From an uncultured Bacilli bacterium (lineage in GTDB: Bacteria; Bacillota_I; Bacilli_A; RF39; UBA660): a stretch of DNA of 64,000 nucleotides. The first letter of the stretch is position 1, and every line of letters begins with the position of its first letter. Location: positions 5,551 through 69,550 of the forward strand of contig CAJTRV010000004.1 in assembly GCA_910578855.1 (NCBI GenBank), written 5' to 3'. The notes below the pieces were generated by a model. The model ran no database searches, had not been told where the DNA came from, and saw only the letters and a program-made list of their open reading frames with translations. Both the position numbers and the translations under genes were made by a program. Below are positions 1 to 10,660 of this stretch, piece after piece.

Positions 1-1
1 T

Positions 2-796
2 TAAACGATCCCGATATTTAATATGAATTTGTTCTCCAAATTTTTCTTTTAATCCATGAATACATAACTGTTTTAAATAGGTATAACTATCTATGCCATC
101 TGGACATTTATAAATCGGTAATAAATTTCCACCAGTTTCAATGGTTACATTACATAACTGATTGATCTTAAGGTTATTATCCCAATCCTCAGGAAACTGA
201 TCCTTAACTTCATCTGGCAAGCGAAATGGTTTGGGAACATCTTTAATCTTATGATCAGTGATTGTTTTTCCATCACGAATATCAGTTAAAATGGTCAGAT
301 ATTTACTATCATCAGCTTCAAAATAACGAATCTCATCCATATAAACACAATGTTCTCCGCGGTAAGAACGGCGTTCTTCTAGTGAAGTATATCCGTGGAA
401 AACATATTGATATATTTTATTAACCTGATCAATCAGTTCCATACTAGCAAATGGTAAGATAGCCAGTAACCCTTTACTATGTGTTTCTAAATCACATAAA
501 GTAAGAGCCCGTTCACTCATAAGGGTCGCCAATTTCATTAAATTATGATACCCATCACTATCCATACAATATAAAATAATATGTTTTTGATTAAAAGTAA
601 TATCTAACCCAATGATTGGTTTGATATCATGTTTCCGACAAGCTTCATAAAATTCCATGACACCAAACATATTATTATCGGTAATTGTGAGGGTGTCTAA
701 TTGATTAGCCTCGGCAAATTTAATCAATTGAGGAATCTTGATTAAACTATAAAGTAAAGAATATTCTGTTTTTAAATTTAGTGGTACGTATTTCAT
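2..796 (-). CDS. dnaE: DNA polymerase III alpha subunit (DnaE type), N-terminal PHP-domain part; the ORF runs off the left edge
   Basis: Absent from the ORF track because it is open-ended. My translation from ATG at 796 (SD aggagg = plus cctcct 802-807) reads MKYVPLNLKTEYSLLYSLIKIPQLIKFAEANQLDTLTITDNNMFGVMEFYEACRKHDIKPIIGLD... with no stop down to position 2. The layout matches a DnaE N-terminus. Confidence 0.75.
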   Translation of the reverse strand, partial: MKYVPLNLKTEYSLLYSLIKIPQLIKFAEANQLDTLTITDNNMFGVMEFYEACRKHDIKPIIGLDITFNQKHIILYCMDSDGYHNLMKLATLMSERALTLCDLETHSKGLLAILPFASMELIDQVNKIYQYVFHGYTSLEERRSYRGEHCVYMDEIRYFEADDSKYLTILTDIRDGKTITDHKIKDVPKPFRLPDEVKDQFPEDWDNNLKINQLCNVTIETGGNLLPIYKCPDGIDSYTYLKQLCIHGLKEKFGEQIHIKYRDRL

Positions 797-891
797 AGAA
801 TCCTCCTCTACCTTATTATAACATGTATCATATTATTTTTGACAATTTCCTTATGATTGTGTTAGAATAACCATAAGAGTGAGGAGTATAT

Positions 892-1794
892 ATGAACGCA
901 ATTTTTTTTACAAATAGACAATTGAAAAAACTACAGAACTGTAGTTTGCAAAAAAGTATTGATCATACCGAATCAAAACTATATATTGTTGAAAATAATG
1001 GAAAATGGCAGCATAAAAAAATGATATTAAAATATTTTTATAATAATAGTGGCGAATACTTTAAAAACAAATTATTTACCATTAATAATCTTATTGATAG
1101 TACTAGTACTATCAATATCAGGGCCCTGATATTGCCCCAAAAATTAGCAATTGCTGGAGGGCAAATAATCGGATATATAATGCCATTTATTGAAAATACT
1201 AATTTATTAACTTTATTACAAGATTTCAAACTCAATACAGAAAAGAAAAAAGAGTATTTAACACAAGTTGGCCAAATTATTTCTCAAGTCCATGACCTAA
1301 ATAAATTTCAAAGCGAGTTATTTATTGGTGACATTCACGAAGCCAACTTCATTGTTGGAAAAGAAGATGATCAAGTATATGTAGTTGATAGTGATAGTTT
1401 TAAAACCAAAAATAATCTTCCTTTTGCTGCCAAATATTTAGCAACCAATCCTAATATATTAAATATGACACATAAATATCCCATCAATACCGAAGGGATT
1501 CATATTCCAAATGAAAATAGTGATCTTCTTTGTTATGTTTTTATCATATTAAACACAATTGCTCGAAAAGAAATGCAGAAAGTTTCTATTGATGAATATT
1601 ATAATTACCTTGATTATTTATTATCACTTGGATTTGGAGACGATTTTATTAAAACATGTGGCAAAATTTATACCAATGCCAAAAATACCTCTCCATTGCC
1701 ATATTTAGAACAAATTCCTAATAATATTTATCAAGCTACCTATCAAGTATTTAAACAGCGTCAATATATAAGTAATAATAACCGAACAAAATAA
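892..1794 (+). CDS. Protein-kinase-like fold protein of unknown function
   Basis: 300 aa ORF with SD gaggag at 881-886. It has a catalytic-loop-like IGDIHEANFIV (HxxN) followed by VYVVDSDSF (D-x-D). No closer family is recognisable by eye. Confidence 0.45.
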   Translation: MNAIFFTNRQLKKLQNCSLQKSIDHTESKLYIVENNGKWQHKKMILKYFYNNSGEYFKNKLFTINNLIDSTSTINIRALILPQKLAIAGGQIIGYIMPFIENTNLLTLLQDFKLNTEKKKEYLTQVGQIISQVHDLNKFQSELFIGDIHEANFIVGKEDDQVYVVDSDSFKTKNNLPFAAKYLATNPNILNMTHKYPINTEGIHIPNENSDLLCYVFIILNTIARKEMQKVSIDEYYNYLDYLLSLGFGDDFIKTCGKIYTNAKNTSPLPYLEQIPNNIYQATYQVFKQRQYISNNNRTK

Positions 1795-1810
1795 ACATTT
1801 TTCATATAAA

Positions 1811-1838
1811 AATTGTTGATTACTCAACAATTTTTTGT
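1811..1838. terminator. Bidirectional rho-independent terminator between convergent genes
   Basis: Nine-bp stem aattgttga / tcaacaatt with loop ttac. A T-run follows on plus and an A-run precedes it. Confidence 0.7.
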
Positions 1839-1841
1839 TCT

Positions 1842-2615
1842 TTATTTAGCTATCATTTTATCGACAATTATCTTAATATCCCGTTCATTAAACGGCTTTT
1901 GTAAGACATCGATAATCGGATATTGAAATGCCTTCTTTACTTCATCATCATTGCCAATTCCAGTAATAATTGAAACCGGAATTTTCGTAAACAATTGTTG
2001 CCTCTGAAAATAATCTAATACCGTAAACCCATCGACATGGGGCATATTTAAGTCTAGTAACATTCCAACAATATCATATTGATTGGATTCAACAATAATT
2101 CGTAATGCTTCTTCCCCATCACTAGCCGTTACAACTTGATATTGATCCATAAATAGCTTCTGAATAAACTTTTGGATAATATCAGAATCATCGACCACCA
2201 AAATAGTTTTATCAGTTGCGACGGTAACTTTCTCATGATCAATTGCAACCTCTCGCTGTTTTCCTAAATACGTTAATCCAATTTGAATCATCTGTTTAAA
2301 TTCCTTGATTAACTCATCATAGTGTTCATACACATAATAAATATCATTTGCACGACTCTTTTCTTCGTGTTGATAACACATATCCCCTAGTACATCAAAC
2401 CCAAAATACCGAGCATCACTTTTTAAGGCATGAACTAAAATAGAGTAATTTCCCATATCAGCGATCTCTTTAAACGCTTTTAATTGTTGAAGACGCTCCT
2501 CAATATCTTGAAGAAAATCCGCCAATGTCTCATCATATGTCTCCATATCTCCAAATAATTCCAAACTCTTTTGAACATTTACTCCATGTTGAAGCAATAA
2601 ATTTACATCTTTCAT
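1842..2615 (-). CDS. HPt domain plus receiver domain phosphorelay protein with no output domain
   Basis: 257 aa. The N-terminal HPt-like motif is HALKSDARYFG. The C-terminal receiver shows ILVVDDSDIIQ, LLDLNMPHVDG and SIITG. Confidence 0.75.
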   Translation of the reverse strand: MKDVNLLLQHGVNVQKSLELFGDMETYDETLADFLQDIEERLQQLKAFKEIADMGNYSILVHALKSDARYFGFDVLGDMCYQHEEKSRANDIYYVYEHYDELIKEFKQMIQIGLTYLGKQREVAIDHEKVTVATDKTILVVDDSDIIQKFIQKLFMDQYQVVTASDGEEALRIIVESNQYDIVGMLLDLNMPHVDGFTVLDYFQRQQLFTKIPVSIITGIGNDDEVKKAFQYPIIDVLQKPFNERDIKIIVDKMIAK

Positions 2616-2643
2616 ATCAATTCTCCTATTTTCTAATCTTTTC

Positions 2644-4485
2644 CTATAAAAATTTCCGCAATACTCTATCTAATTCAGCTCGATCAATTGGTTTTGAAAG
2701 ATAATCATCAAACCCATCTTGCAAATACTTCTCCTTCATTCCGGTAATCGCATTGGCAGTTAAAACAACCGTTGGAATCATAAAACCAGGTATTTTCTTT
2801 AATGATTTTAATGTTTCAACACCACTCATTCCTGGCATCATATCATCTAATAATATCAAATCATACTGTTCACCATTATTAATACGTGTAAGACATTCTG
2901 CTCCTGATGATAAACAAACAGTCTCAACCTCATAATTTAATAATAAGCGCGCAGCTACTTTTAAATTAATACGATTATCATCCACCAATAATACCTTCTT
3001 ACCCTTAGCAACAAACGGTTTTTGGTCCGCGCTTATTAATTTTTCTTGAGCAACTTTTCGCTCCTCTGTAATCGGGATAATTTTCTGATCGATTGCCACC
3101 GTAAAACAAGATCCCTCTCCATAGGTACTCTGAACGACAATTCGGCCATGCATTAATTCAACCAATTTTTTGGTAATTGCTAGCCCAAGTCCCGTTCCTT
3201 CAATGGTTACATTTTTCTCAACATCAAAACGCTCAAACTTGGTAAATAACTTCTGAATATTCTCTGGCTTAATTCCGATTCCAGTATCTTTTACTGATAT
3301 AATTAAGCGACAGATATCATCTTGAATCACCGAACTCATCTGCAACTCGATGGATCCATCTTTCGTATATTTAACCGAATTGGTCAGTAGATTAACCATA
3401 ATCTGCTTTAAGCGCATACTGTCACCATATAATATGGGCGGCATATCGGCAGCCAAATGAAAGTGGAACGCCAAAAACTTATTTCCAATCCGGACTTTCG
3501 TTAACGAGACAACTTCATCAAAGATTTGCCGCGGATGATATTCCGTATTTACAATCTCTAATTTACCAGCTTCAATCTTAGAAATATCCAAAATACCGTT
3601 GACAATTTCTAACAGATTATTAGAGGCGATCAAGATATCTTGAATTTCATCTTGAGTATGTTCAGGTAAATTCTCTTCTAGTAAGACTTGACTGAATCCG
3701 ACAATCGAATTTAATGGTGTTCGAATCTCATGTGACATATTAGATAAAAACTCTGATTTTGCTTCGTTAGCGCGGACCGCCTGTTCCCGCGCTAGTTTCA
3801 GTTCATGAATTAATTTCAAATCAGGATTCTCAATAGTAAAATACATTAAGAATGTTACAAATGTCTCCATCGATGTAATAAGTAATAAACTAGGATTATA
3901 TTTTTGTAATAGCATAATTACCGTTCCAAACGTTAATAGAAAAAATAATGGTAAATATTTCTTGGAACGAATATTTTTTAAATTCGCAATTAAACTAACA
4001 ATACTGATTATAATACAAATGATCGACACCAAATAAACCAAATCAATACTAGGACCATAAGAATATATCTGTCCAGCAGTATTAACAAATGATATTGGTA
4101 AAAAAATTAATAATACAATAATAATCCAATAACTTATAGTAACAAAATTCATTACTTTCCTAATATTTGTACTAATATCATAGTGAATTTTATCTTCTTT
4201 ACTAAAGGAAATAATAAAAATATAAACAGTAAAAATTAAAATCCATGTTAATAAATAAACCAAATATAATTTTGAAATAACTAAATTATAAAGGGGATAA
4301 GAATTCATATTTAACACAGAATAATAATTTAATAATTCGATCATTAAACCGAGAAAATTAACGACAATCAAAATAGAAAAAATTTTATTTTCAACACTTT
4401 TCACTTTATCTTTTCTAAAAAAAACCGTCATTAATGAAATACTATAAAATAAACTTCCGACGATTAAGATAACACTTCCTATCAT
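2644..4485 (-). CDS. Hybrid sensor histidine kinase (polytopic membrane sensor, HisKA, HATPase, C-terminal receiver)
   Basis: 613 aa. The first ~220 aa are hydrophobic. It has H-box [10 protein letters not shown]-boxes DTGIGI and GTGLGLAI, and receiver motifs [21 protein letters not shown] and VVLTANA. Confidence 0.85.
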   Translation of the reverse strand: MIGSVILIVGSLFYSISLMTVFFRKDKVKSVENKIFSILIVVNFLGLMIELLNYYSVLNMNSYPLYNLVISKLYLVYLLTWILIFTVYIFIISFSKEDKIHYDISTNIRKVMNFVTISYWIIIVLLIFLPISFVNTAGQIYSYGPSIDLVYLVSIICIIISIVSLIANLKNIRSKKYLPLFFLLTFGTVIMLLQKYNPSLLLITSMETFVTFLMYFTIENPDLKLIHELKLAREQAVRANEAKSEFLSNMSHEIRTPLNSIVGFSQVLLEENLPEHTQDEIQDILIASNNLLEIVNGILDISKIEAGKLEIVNTEYHPRQIFDEVVSLTKVRIGNKFLAFHFHLAADMPPILYGDSMRLKQIMVNLLTNSVKYTKDGSIELQMSSVIQDDICRLIISVKDTGIGIKPENIQKLFTKFERFDVEKNVTIEGTGLGLAITKKLVELMHGRIVVQSTYGEGSCFTVAIDQKIIPITEERKVAQEKLISADQKPFVAKGKKVLLVDDNRINLKVAARLLLNYEVETVCLSSGAECLTRINNGEQYDLILLDDMMPGMSGVETLKSLKKIPGFMIPTVVLTANAITGMKEKYLQDGFDDYLSKPIDRAELDRVLRKFL

Positions 4486-4603
4486 GAAACATCATCCTTT
4501 ACTATCTGTCAATATTATAGCATAGAAAAAGAGAAAAAGTAAACACACTTTTCCCTTTCACTATTTAGTAAAAAATACTAATTGTTAACATCCATTTATT
4601 TCT

Positions 4604-6496
4604 TTAGCGTTTATAACAATACACCTTTGAATTTTCCTTTTTATATTGATTAGCCGTTAATAACTGGCCTGTCTCTATACTAGGTTTCACCATAAAATCA
4701 CCATCATACCCTTCAGCCTTTAACAAGGGTTGACTACGCTTTCCGCAACCGCTTAACGGAAATGACTCTTTCATACCACGAATTCGATAATACAAACAAT
4801 TTAACACTTCATCAGAAAAAACATTCTTACATCTTTTTTCAGCTCCCATTAAAACATTCGTGACATTAATCTTTACTCCTGGTTGAAACTCAATATGCAC
4901 AACAATCTTATCATCATTTTTATCATCTTTTACCATGACTAACTCGCATGACAAAATATGTTTGGTATCTTTTAATATCTCATCGCTTATTAAAAATAAG
5001 GGAATTTTTTCGCCATTACTACTAATAAATTCATTTCCTATTCTTCCTTTGATATGAATAGATCCAAATTGATCAATATATCCATAAACTTGACAATCTC
5101 CCCATCTTTTTCCTGTATTATCATAAATAAAAAATTGCCTCGTCGCTTCCGGATTATTTTTATATCCTTTCATTGTACAATTAGAATTGGCAACTAATCT
5201 CCCTAGTTCATTGACTCCACATCGCTTCCCGTTCTGATCCAAGATAGCATACTCAGCCAAAGCAAATGGTTTTAAACCAAATGATTTTTTCCGTAGCCAA
5301 CATGATAATCGCTTTTCTTGTAATGCCTTATAGAGAGTAAAAAATAATCCACCGTGTTCACAATCTCCCCCACCAATCGAAAGGCAAACTGGCGTATAAG
5401 GTAAATGAAACAGATCCTTTCCCGCTTTAGTAGTTTTCAAAGCTTTATTAATAAACTTTTCTTCATTAGGTGCGACCGGCTCACCTACCGCAGTTGGTAT
5501 TATCAAGAATGGCAATTGTAAATTTCGGTATGACTCATCAAATCTAATTTTCTTCGCCGCATTTAACCAAAAACTTGTAGTAGCTGGAACAAAATTAGGT
5601 TTGTTAATCATCAAACTAGTCAAAAAGAAATTTTGATCATAGATTGGCTCTAAGGCAACCGTCCCATGCTGCGATAATACATCAGAAATACTCGTAATTA
5701 AATCCGTATTCGAATGAGCTGGAATATGCGCTAATCCTCTAATATTTTTCATTGCTGGTAATCCTGAAACATCAGAATCATGAATCCGCGCCATGGTAAC
5801 AAAACTTCTAATTCGATGAACAATTGCCTTGGGTCTTGTTGAATGGGTAGAACCACTACTATATGTAATGGTGAATTCATCATCTAAATTGGTATTGGCA
5901 GGAACAATATCCTCCATATCATCACCAAAAGCTGCAAACTCTTTCACATCGATGATTTTATCATTTTCACATTGAAATTCTGGAATTTTATTCCTAAATT
6001 CGCAAAAAATCTTATCTACCTCATCATAAGGATCTATCCCGTCCTTCAATGAACTAGTCAACGAAACCAAAACAATCTTTTCAATGCTACTTTCTAAAGT
6101 TATATTCTTAATATCTTCATATTGACAGTCAGTCGCAAAGAATACTTTTGAACTACAATCATCGATAATCTTTTTTATATAATCCTGATCAAACTGACTT
6201 CCAAAAAGATTAATTTTAGCTCCAAGCATACTAATAGCCAATAAAAGATAAATAAGTTCTGGTGTATTAGATAAGCATGCTGATACTTCATCACCTTGTT
6301 TTATTCCTAGTTTTCGTAATGACTTTGCATACCTATTTGCTTCTTTCAACATCTCTTGATAAGAGATGTTGGTACCGCGGTACCATAGGGATGGCGCATC
6401 TAAATTATCTTTGTTTCGCTCATAAATGTCTTGAAACCACGACTCGTTATGTTGTTCTATTTCACTTAGTACTTCTTTGATATCAGATTCTTTCAT
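4604..6496 (-). CDS. Adenylate-forming enzyme (ANL superfamily, acyl-CoA synthetase-like), divergent
   Basis: 630 aa. A degenerate AMP-binding motif TYSSGSTHSTRPKA replaces the usual T-S-G-T-T-G-x-P-K. A hinge-like GDCQVYGYIDQFGSIHIKGR is present. Confidence 0.6.
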   Translation of the reverse strand: MKESDIKEVLSEIEQHNESWFQDIYERNKDNLDAPSLWYRGTNISYQEMLKEANRYAKSLRKLGIKQGDEVSACLSNTPELIYLLLAISMLGAKINLFGSQFDQDYIKKIIDDCSSKVFFATDCQYEDIKNITLESSIEKIVLVSLTSSLKDGIDPYDEVDKIFCEFRNKIPEFQCENDKIIDVKEFAAFGDDMEDIVPANTNLDDEFTITYSSGSTHSTRPKAIVHRIRSFVTMARIHDSDVSGLPAMKNIRGLAHIPAHSNTDLITSISDVLSQHGTVALEPIYDQNFFLTSLMINKPNFVPATTSFWLNAAKKIRFDESYRNLQLPFLIIPTAVGEPVAPNEEKFINKALKTTKAGKDLFHLPYTPVCLSIGGGDCEHGGLFFTLYKALQEKRLSCWLRKKSFGLKPFALAEYAILDQNGKRCGVNELGRLVANSNCTMKGYKNNPEATRQFFIYDNTGKRWGDCQVYGYIDQFGSIHIKGRIGNEFISSNGEKIPLFLISDEILKDTKHILSCELVMVKDDKNDDKIVVHIEFQPGVKINVTNVLMGAEKRCKNVFSDEVLNCLYYRIRGMKESFPLSGCGKRSQPLLKAEGYDGDFMVKPSIETGQLLTANQYKKENSKVYCYKR

Positions 6497-6580
6497 AATA
6501 CCTCCATCAAACTTTACTACTCACTCTTATCATAACACAGTTAAATGAAATATAGAACTACTTTAATCATAAATATCTTC

Positions 6581-7672
6581 TTATTTTTGATAACGACTAA
6601 TATTTAAAATAATTCCAATACTAGACATCGTAATAAGCAAGCTAGAGCCTCCATAACTTAGAAATGGAAGTGTAACCCCAGTTACGGGAATTAAGCCAGT
6701 TACAACCATTAAATTTAAAATCGCTTGGAAGCCAATTTGAAAGGCAATCCCAAATGTCAAATACTTCGCAAACATATCTTGACTCTTTCTAGCAATCTTA
6801 AACGCACGCGTAAGAATAATAAGAAACAAACCAACGACAATAATGACCCCTAGAAAACCAAACTCTTCACTGATAATGGAGAATATAAAATCAGTCTGTG
6901 GTTCTGGTAGATAGAAATGCTTTTGTCGCGAATTTAAAAAGCCATAGCCAAATAATCCTCCAGGACCAATCGCATATAACGATTGAATGATCTGGAAGCC
7001 ACTACCAAGTGGATCCTTCCATGGATTTAAAAAGGATAATATCCGTTCTAACCGATAGGGAGCTACAGCAATCAAGCCAACAATCCCGGCCATTCCAAGC
7101 ATTCCCATGCGTAAGAAAAATTTGAAAGGAACACCGCCAACAAAGATAAGCCCCATAATACTCATCACGATAATCATTCCGGTTCCAAAGTCAGGTTGTA
7201 ACATAATAATTCCAAAGACAAGTAAGGTAAGGCTTAGAATCGGTAAAACCCCTTTTTTGATATCAGTCATCTGCTTTTCATTCTTAACCAGATACTTCGC
7301 TGTAAAAATGATAAGTGCCAATTTCATGAACTCACTTGGTTGAATCCCAAATGAGCCAATTCCAAACCAGCTACGACTTCCATTCCGAACCGTTCCAATC
7401 CCAGGAATTAAGACCAACACCAATAAAATAAAACAGGTAATAACCAAAGGTGTAGCCTTCTCATAATAAAGTCGATAATCAATTTTACTAATAACATACA
7501 TAAAAACTAGTCCCAAGAGAAAGAAGACACCTTGATTAATGACAAATTTAAATGGATTATGAAACTTATATTCAGCCCATACATAAGAAGCGGAATAAAT
7601 CATGATAATTCCAAAGATGGAAATCAAGATCACACTAATCAGAAGTCCATAATCAATATTCCCTTTTTTCAT
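6581..7672 (-). CDS. ftsW: SEDS-family peptidoglycan polymerase FtsW/SpoVE
   Basis: 363 aa polytopic protein with motifs LPEPQTDFIFS and GVTLPFLSYGGSS. It sits immediately downstream of mraY in the dcw cluster. Confidence 0.85.
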   Translation of the reverse strand: MKKGNIDYGLLISVILISIFGIIMIYSASYVWAEYKFHNPFKFVINQGVFFLLGLVFMYVISKIDYRLYYEKATPLVITCFILLVLVLIPGIGTVRNGSRSWFGIGSFGIQPSEFMKLALIIFTAKYLVKNEKQMTDIKKGVLPILSLTLLVFGIIMLQPDFGTGMIIVMSIMGLIFVGGVPFKFFLRMGMLGMAGIVGLIAVAPYRLERILSFLNPWKDPLGSGFQIIQSLYAIGPGGLFGYGFLNSRQKHFYLPEPQTDFIFSIISEEFGFLGVIIVVGLFLIILTRAFKIARKSQDMFAKYLTFGIAFQIGFQAILNLMVVTGLIPVTGVTLPFLSYGGSSLLITMSSIGIILNISRYQK

Positions 7673-7684
7673 TCTATCACCCTT

Positions 7685-8677
7685 TTAAAACCATACTCCA
7701 AATGCCAGCGCAACCATTGCCCCCAATAGTCCGATAATCCAAAATAACTTCACAATATCATTTTCCTTCCAGCCCCATTTTTCAAAAGTATGATGAATCG
7801 GTGCCATAGGAAAAAGGCGTTTTTTCGTTAGTTTATAATAATAACGTTGTAAAATACAACTCATCGTTTCTAGAACAAAGACAATCCCGATGATCACTAG
7901 TAGCAATTCATGACGCGTCAAAATGGCTAGTGTTCCTAATGTTGCCCCAAGAGCGAGCGAACCGGTATCACCCATAAATATTTTAGCTGGTTTGGTATTA
8001 AACACAAGAAACCCTAGTAGTGATCCAATCAGAATAAAACAAAATAAGCCAAGATCCGTATACCCCTCTAACCAACCAGTATTATAACTAATTAAACCAA
8101 AAGCAAGAAAAGCAATAACGGAAAGACCGCCAGCAAGACCATCTAAGCCATCGGTTAAGTTAACCGCATTACTACTGGCAAGGAGCAAAAAGAGAATAAA
8201 TAAACCATAGAAGAACCCGATGTTACAGCGAATATTAAATGTATGAATCCAGATTAGTGGCTCGTTCCCAGCTTTCATAAATAAATAGAAAAAGACAATC
8301 GCAATGATCAATTGTAATAATAATTTTTGTCCCTCCGATAATCCTTTATTATTATGTCTTAACACAATTAGATAGTCATCGATAAACCCAATCATTGCAT
8401 AACCAATAAACGATAATAAAACGATTGCTAGCGTATAAGTCATCACCATCTTGCCTGTAAGAATTAAGATCGTCACCGTAAATAACGTTGGAAGTAGGAA
8501 AATAAGTCCGCCCATCGTCGGTGTATGCGACTTACTCTGGTGGGCCTCCCGAAGATAAATACTGAGATTTTGATCAACCTTAAATTTCTTTAAAATAGGA
8601 ATGAGAATCGCAGCGGTAATCACCGATAAAATAAATCCGATCATCATTGCTAGTACTGATTTTGTCATTAGTAACAT
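7685..8677 (-). CDS. mraY: Phospho-N-acetylmuramoyl-pentapeptide transferase
   Basis: 330 aa with motifs NAVNLTDGLDGLA and FMGDTGSLALG. SD ggagga lies 6 nt upstream of ATG 8677. Confidence 0.92.
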   Translation of the reverse strand: MLLMTKSVLAMMIGFILSVITAAILIPILKKFKVDQNLSIYLREAHQSKSHTPTMGGLIFLLPTLFTVTILILTGKMVMTYTLAIVLLSFIGYAMIGFIDDYLIVLRHNNKGLSEGQKLLLQLIIAIVFFYLFMKAGNEPLIWIHTFNIRCNIGFFYGLFILFLLLASSNAVNLTDGLDGLAGGLSVIAFLAFGLISYNTGWLEGYTDLGLFCFILIGSLLGFLVFNTKPAKIFMGDTGSLALGATLGTLAILTRHELLLVIIGIVFVLETMSCILQRYYYKLTKKRLFPMAPIHHTFEKWGWKENDIVKLFWIIGLLGAMVALAFGVWF

Positions 8678-8687
8678 ACCATTCCTC

Positions 8688-10604
8688 CTACTGTTTTAAT
8701 AACAATCTTACTACGTCACCCTCGTAAATTTTCTCGCCTGCTTTAGGTGATTGATAGGCGATTGTCTCCCCAGTTCCAGAAAATTCTACCTTGAAGCTGG
8801 TAAGCTCCTTCATCGCCTCACTGGTACTCTTGCCAACAACATTTGGAACCTTGGCATATTTCTTATCCCCATAGTTATAGCGTTTCTCGCTACTTCCTTT
8901 TCGTTTGGGAATATTAAGAGCAGTAATCGAATCTTGTAAAATAGTCTTAGCAATCGGTGCCGCAACAGTTCCACCATACTGGGTAATGCCCTTGGCATTG
9001 TCAATTGCTACATAGACAACAACCTGAGGATCATCAGCTGGTAAAAAACCAATAAACGAGGTAATATAGTTTCCTACCATATAACGACCATCCTTTACCT
9101 TTTGCGCTGTCCCAGTCTTTCCACCAACCCGGTACCCATCAATAAAGGCTGGGCGTCCTGTTCCATTGGTTACAACACTTTCTAGCGTCATTCGTACTTG
9201 CTCAGATGTTTTCGAACTGATGACTTTGCGGACCACTTTCTTCTTCGTCTCTTTAATTACACCATTGGTTTCCGGTTCATTTAAACTCTTAACAATATAG
9301 GGTTGATATAAGTATCCCCCATTGATGGCTGCACTAACTGCTGTAATCTGTTGAATTGGTGTAACTGATACCCCTTGCCCAAATGACGTCGTTGCAAGTT
9401 CAACAGGCCCTACTTTATCGAGTGGAAACAAGATACCAGATCCTTCTCCATTTAAATCAATTCCGGTTTTCGTTCCAAAACCAAAATTATGAATGTACTG
9501 GAACAATTTTTCCTTACCGATTCGCTGCCCCAGTACAACGAATCCTGGGTTGCATGAATTTTCAACAACCTGTAAAAAAGTTTGTTCCCCATGACCTCCA
9601 TGCTTCCAACACTTAATCTTGGCATTCTCAACCCGAATTGATCCCCCATCGGTAAACTTATCTTTATTAAGATCAACAAGCTTCTCTTCTAAAGCCGTTG
9701 CAAGGGTAATAATTTTAAATGTCGATCCTGGCTCATAGGTCATCCAAATTGGTAAATTTCGATTGATTTCCTCGATGGTATAATCTTGATAATTACTTGG
9801 TGAAAAATTAGGACGCGAAGACATTGCTAATATCTCCCCACTCTTAGGATCCATCACAATTCCAAGAGCTTGATCAGGATTATACTTTAACATCGCATTA
9901 TCTAGTTCCCGTTCTAGTGAGGATTGAATATCATAATTAATTGTTAACGTCATATTCATTCCATCCTGTGGTTTTTCATAGACCTCATTTAATTCTAACT
10001 TGTTTCCCTTGGCATCACTAAAATATTTAATTGCTCCATATTCTCCCGTTAAATACTGATCATACATGAGTTCCAATCCTGATAATCCTTGGTTATCAAT
10101 TCCAACAAATCCAATCGTATGTGATAAATACCGATCGTTAGGATAATTGCGTTTTGACTCTTTTACGAGATAAACCCCTGGTAATTCTAAAGCAGCAATT
10201 TTATCGGCAACATCATATGACAAACGGCGTCCTTCAGGGTGAACCCGTTCAATCGACTCCTTCTTGGTAACATGCTGATAAATAGTCTGATATGAAACAC
10301 CTAAAATCGCACTGATCTCTTTGGCTGTCTTTTCCTTATCTTTAATTTGATTGGGAATAAAGACCAATGACGATGTTGTTAGATTATCAGCGAGAACAAC
10401 CCCATTACGGTCATAGATATTACCACGACTCGCCTCGATAGGAAGATTACGACTCCATAAACCAGCTGCATATTGATTAAGACGTTTATAATCGATTACT
10501 TGAATATAAAAGACTTTCCCAATGATCATCAAAAATAATAGAAGCATGATCAATAAAACAATCCGAATACGATAGTGAATATTTTTAAAGAACATGGTAA
10601 TCAC
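8688..10604 (-). CDS. spoVD: Class B penicillin-binding protein with one C-terminal PASTA domain (SpoVD-like)
   Basis: 638 aa with an N-terminal TM segment. Catalytic motifs are SxxK (GSTFK), SxN (NSCN) and KTGTA. The single PASTA-like tail and second position in the cluster match the B. subtilis pbpB-spoVD order. Confidence 0.7.
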   Translation of the reverse strand: MITMFFKNIHYRIRIVLLIMLLLFLMIIGKVFYIQVIDYKRLNQYAAGLWSRNLPIEASRGNIYDRNGVVLADNLTTSSLVFIPNQIKDKEKTAKEISAILGVSYQTIYQHVTKKESIERVHPEGRRLSYDVADKIAALELPGVYLVKESKRNYPNDRYLSHTIGFVGIDNQGLSGLELMYDQYLTGEYGAIKYFSDAKGNKLELNEVYEKPQDGMNMTLTINYDIQSSLERELDNAMLKYNPDQALGIVMDPKSGEILAMSSRPNFSPSNYQDYTIEEINRNLPIWMTYEPGSTFKIITLATALEEKLVDLNKDKFTDGGSIRVENAKIKCWKHGGHGEQTFLQVVENSCNPGFVVLGQRIGKEKLFQYIHNFGFGTKTGIDLNGEGSGILFPLDKVGPVELATTSFGQGVSVTPIQQITAVSAAINGGYLYQPYIVKSLNEPETNGVIKETKKKVVRKVISSKTSEQVRMTLESVVTNGTGRPAFIDGYRVGGKTGTAQKVKDGRYMVGNYITSFIGFLPADDPQVVVYVAIDNAKGITQYGGTVAAPIAKTILQDSITALNIPKRKGSSEKRYNYGDKKYAKVPNVVGKSTSEAMKELTSFKVEFSGTGETIAYQSPKAGEKIYEGDVVRLLLKQ

Positions 10605-10630
10605 CTCTAATAATGTATATGTACAAGCAC

Positions 10631-10660
10631 AAAAAAAAGAACAACATCACGATTGTTCTT
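10631..10660 (-). terminator. Rho-independent terminator downstream of the deacetylase gene and upstream of spoVD-like
   Basis: On minus the sequence reads aagaacaa-tcgtgatg-ttgttctt followed by tttttttt. Confidence 0.7.
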
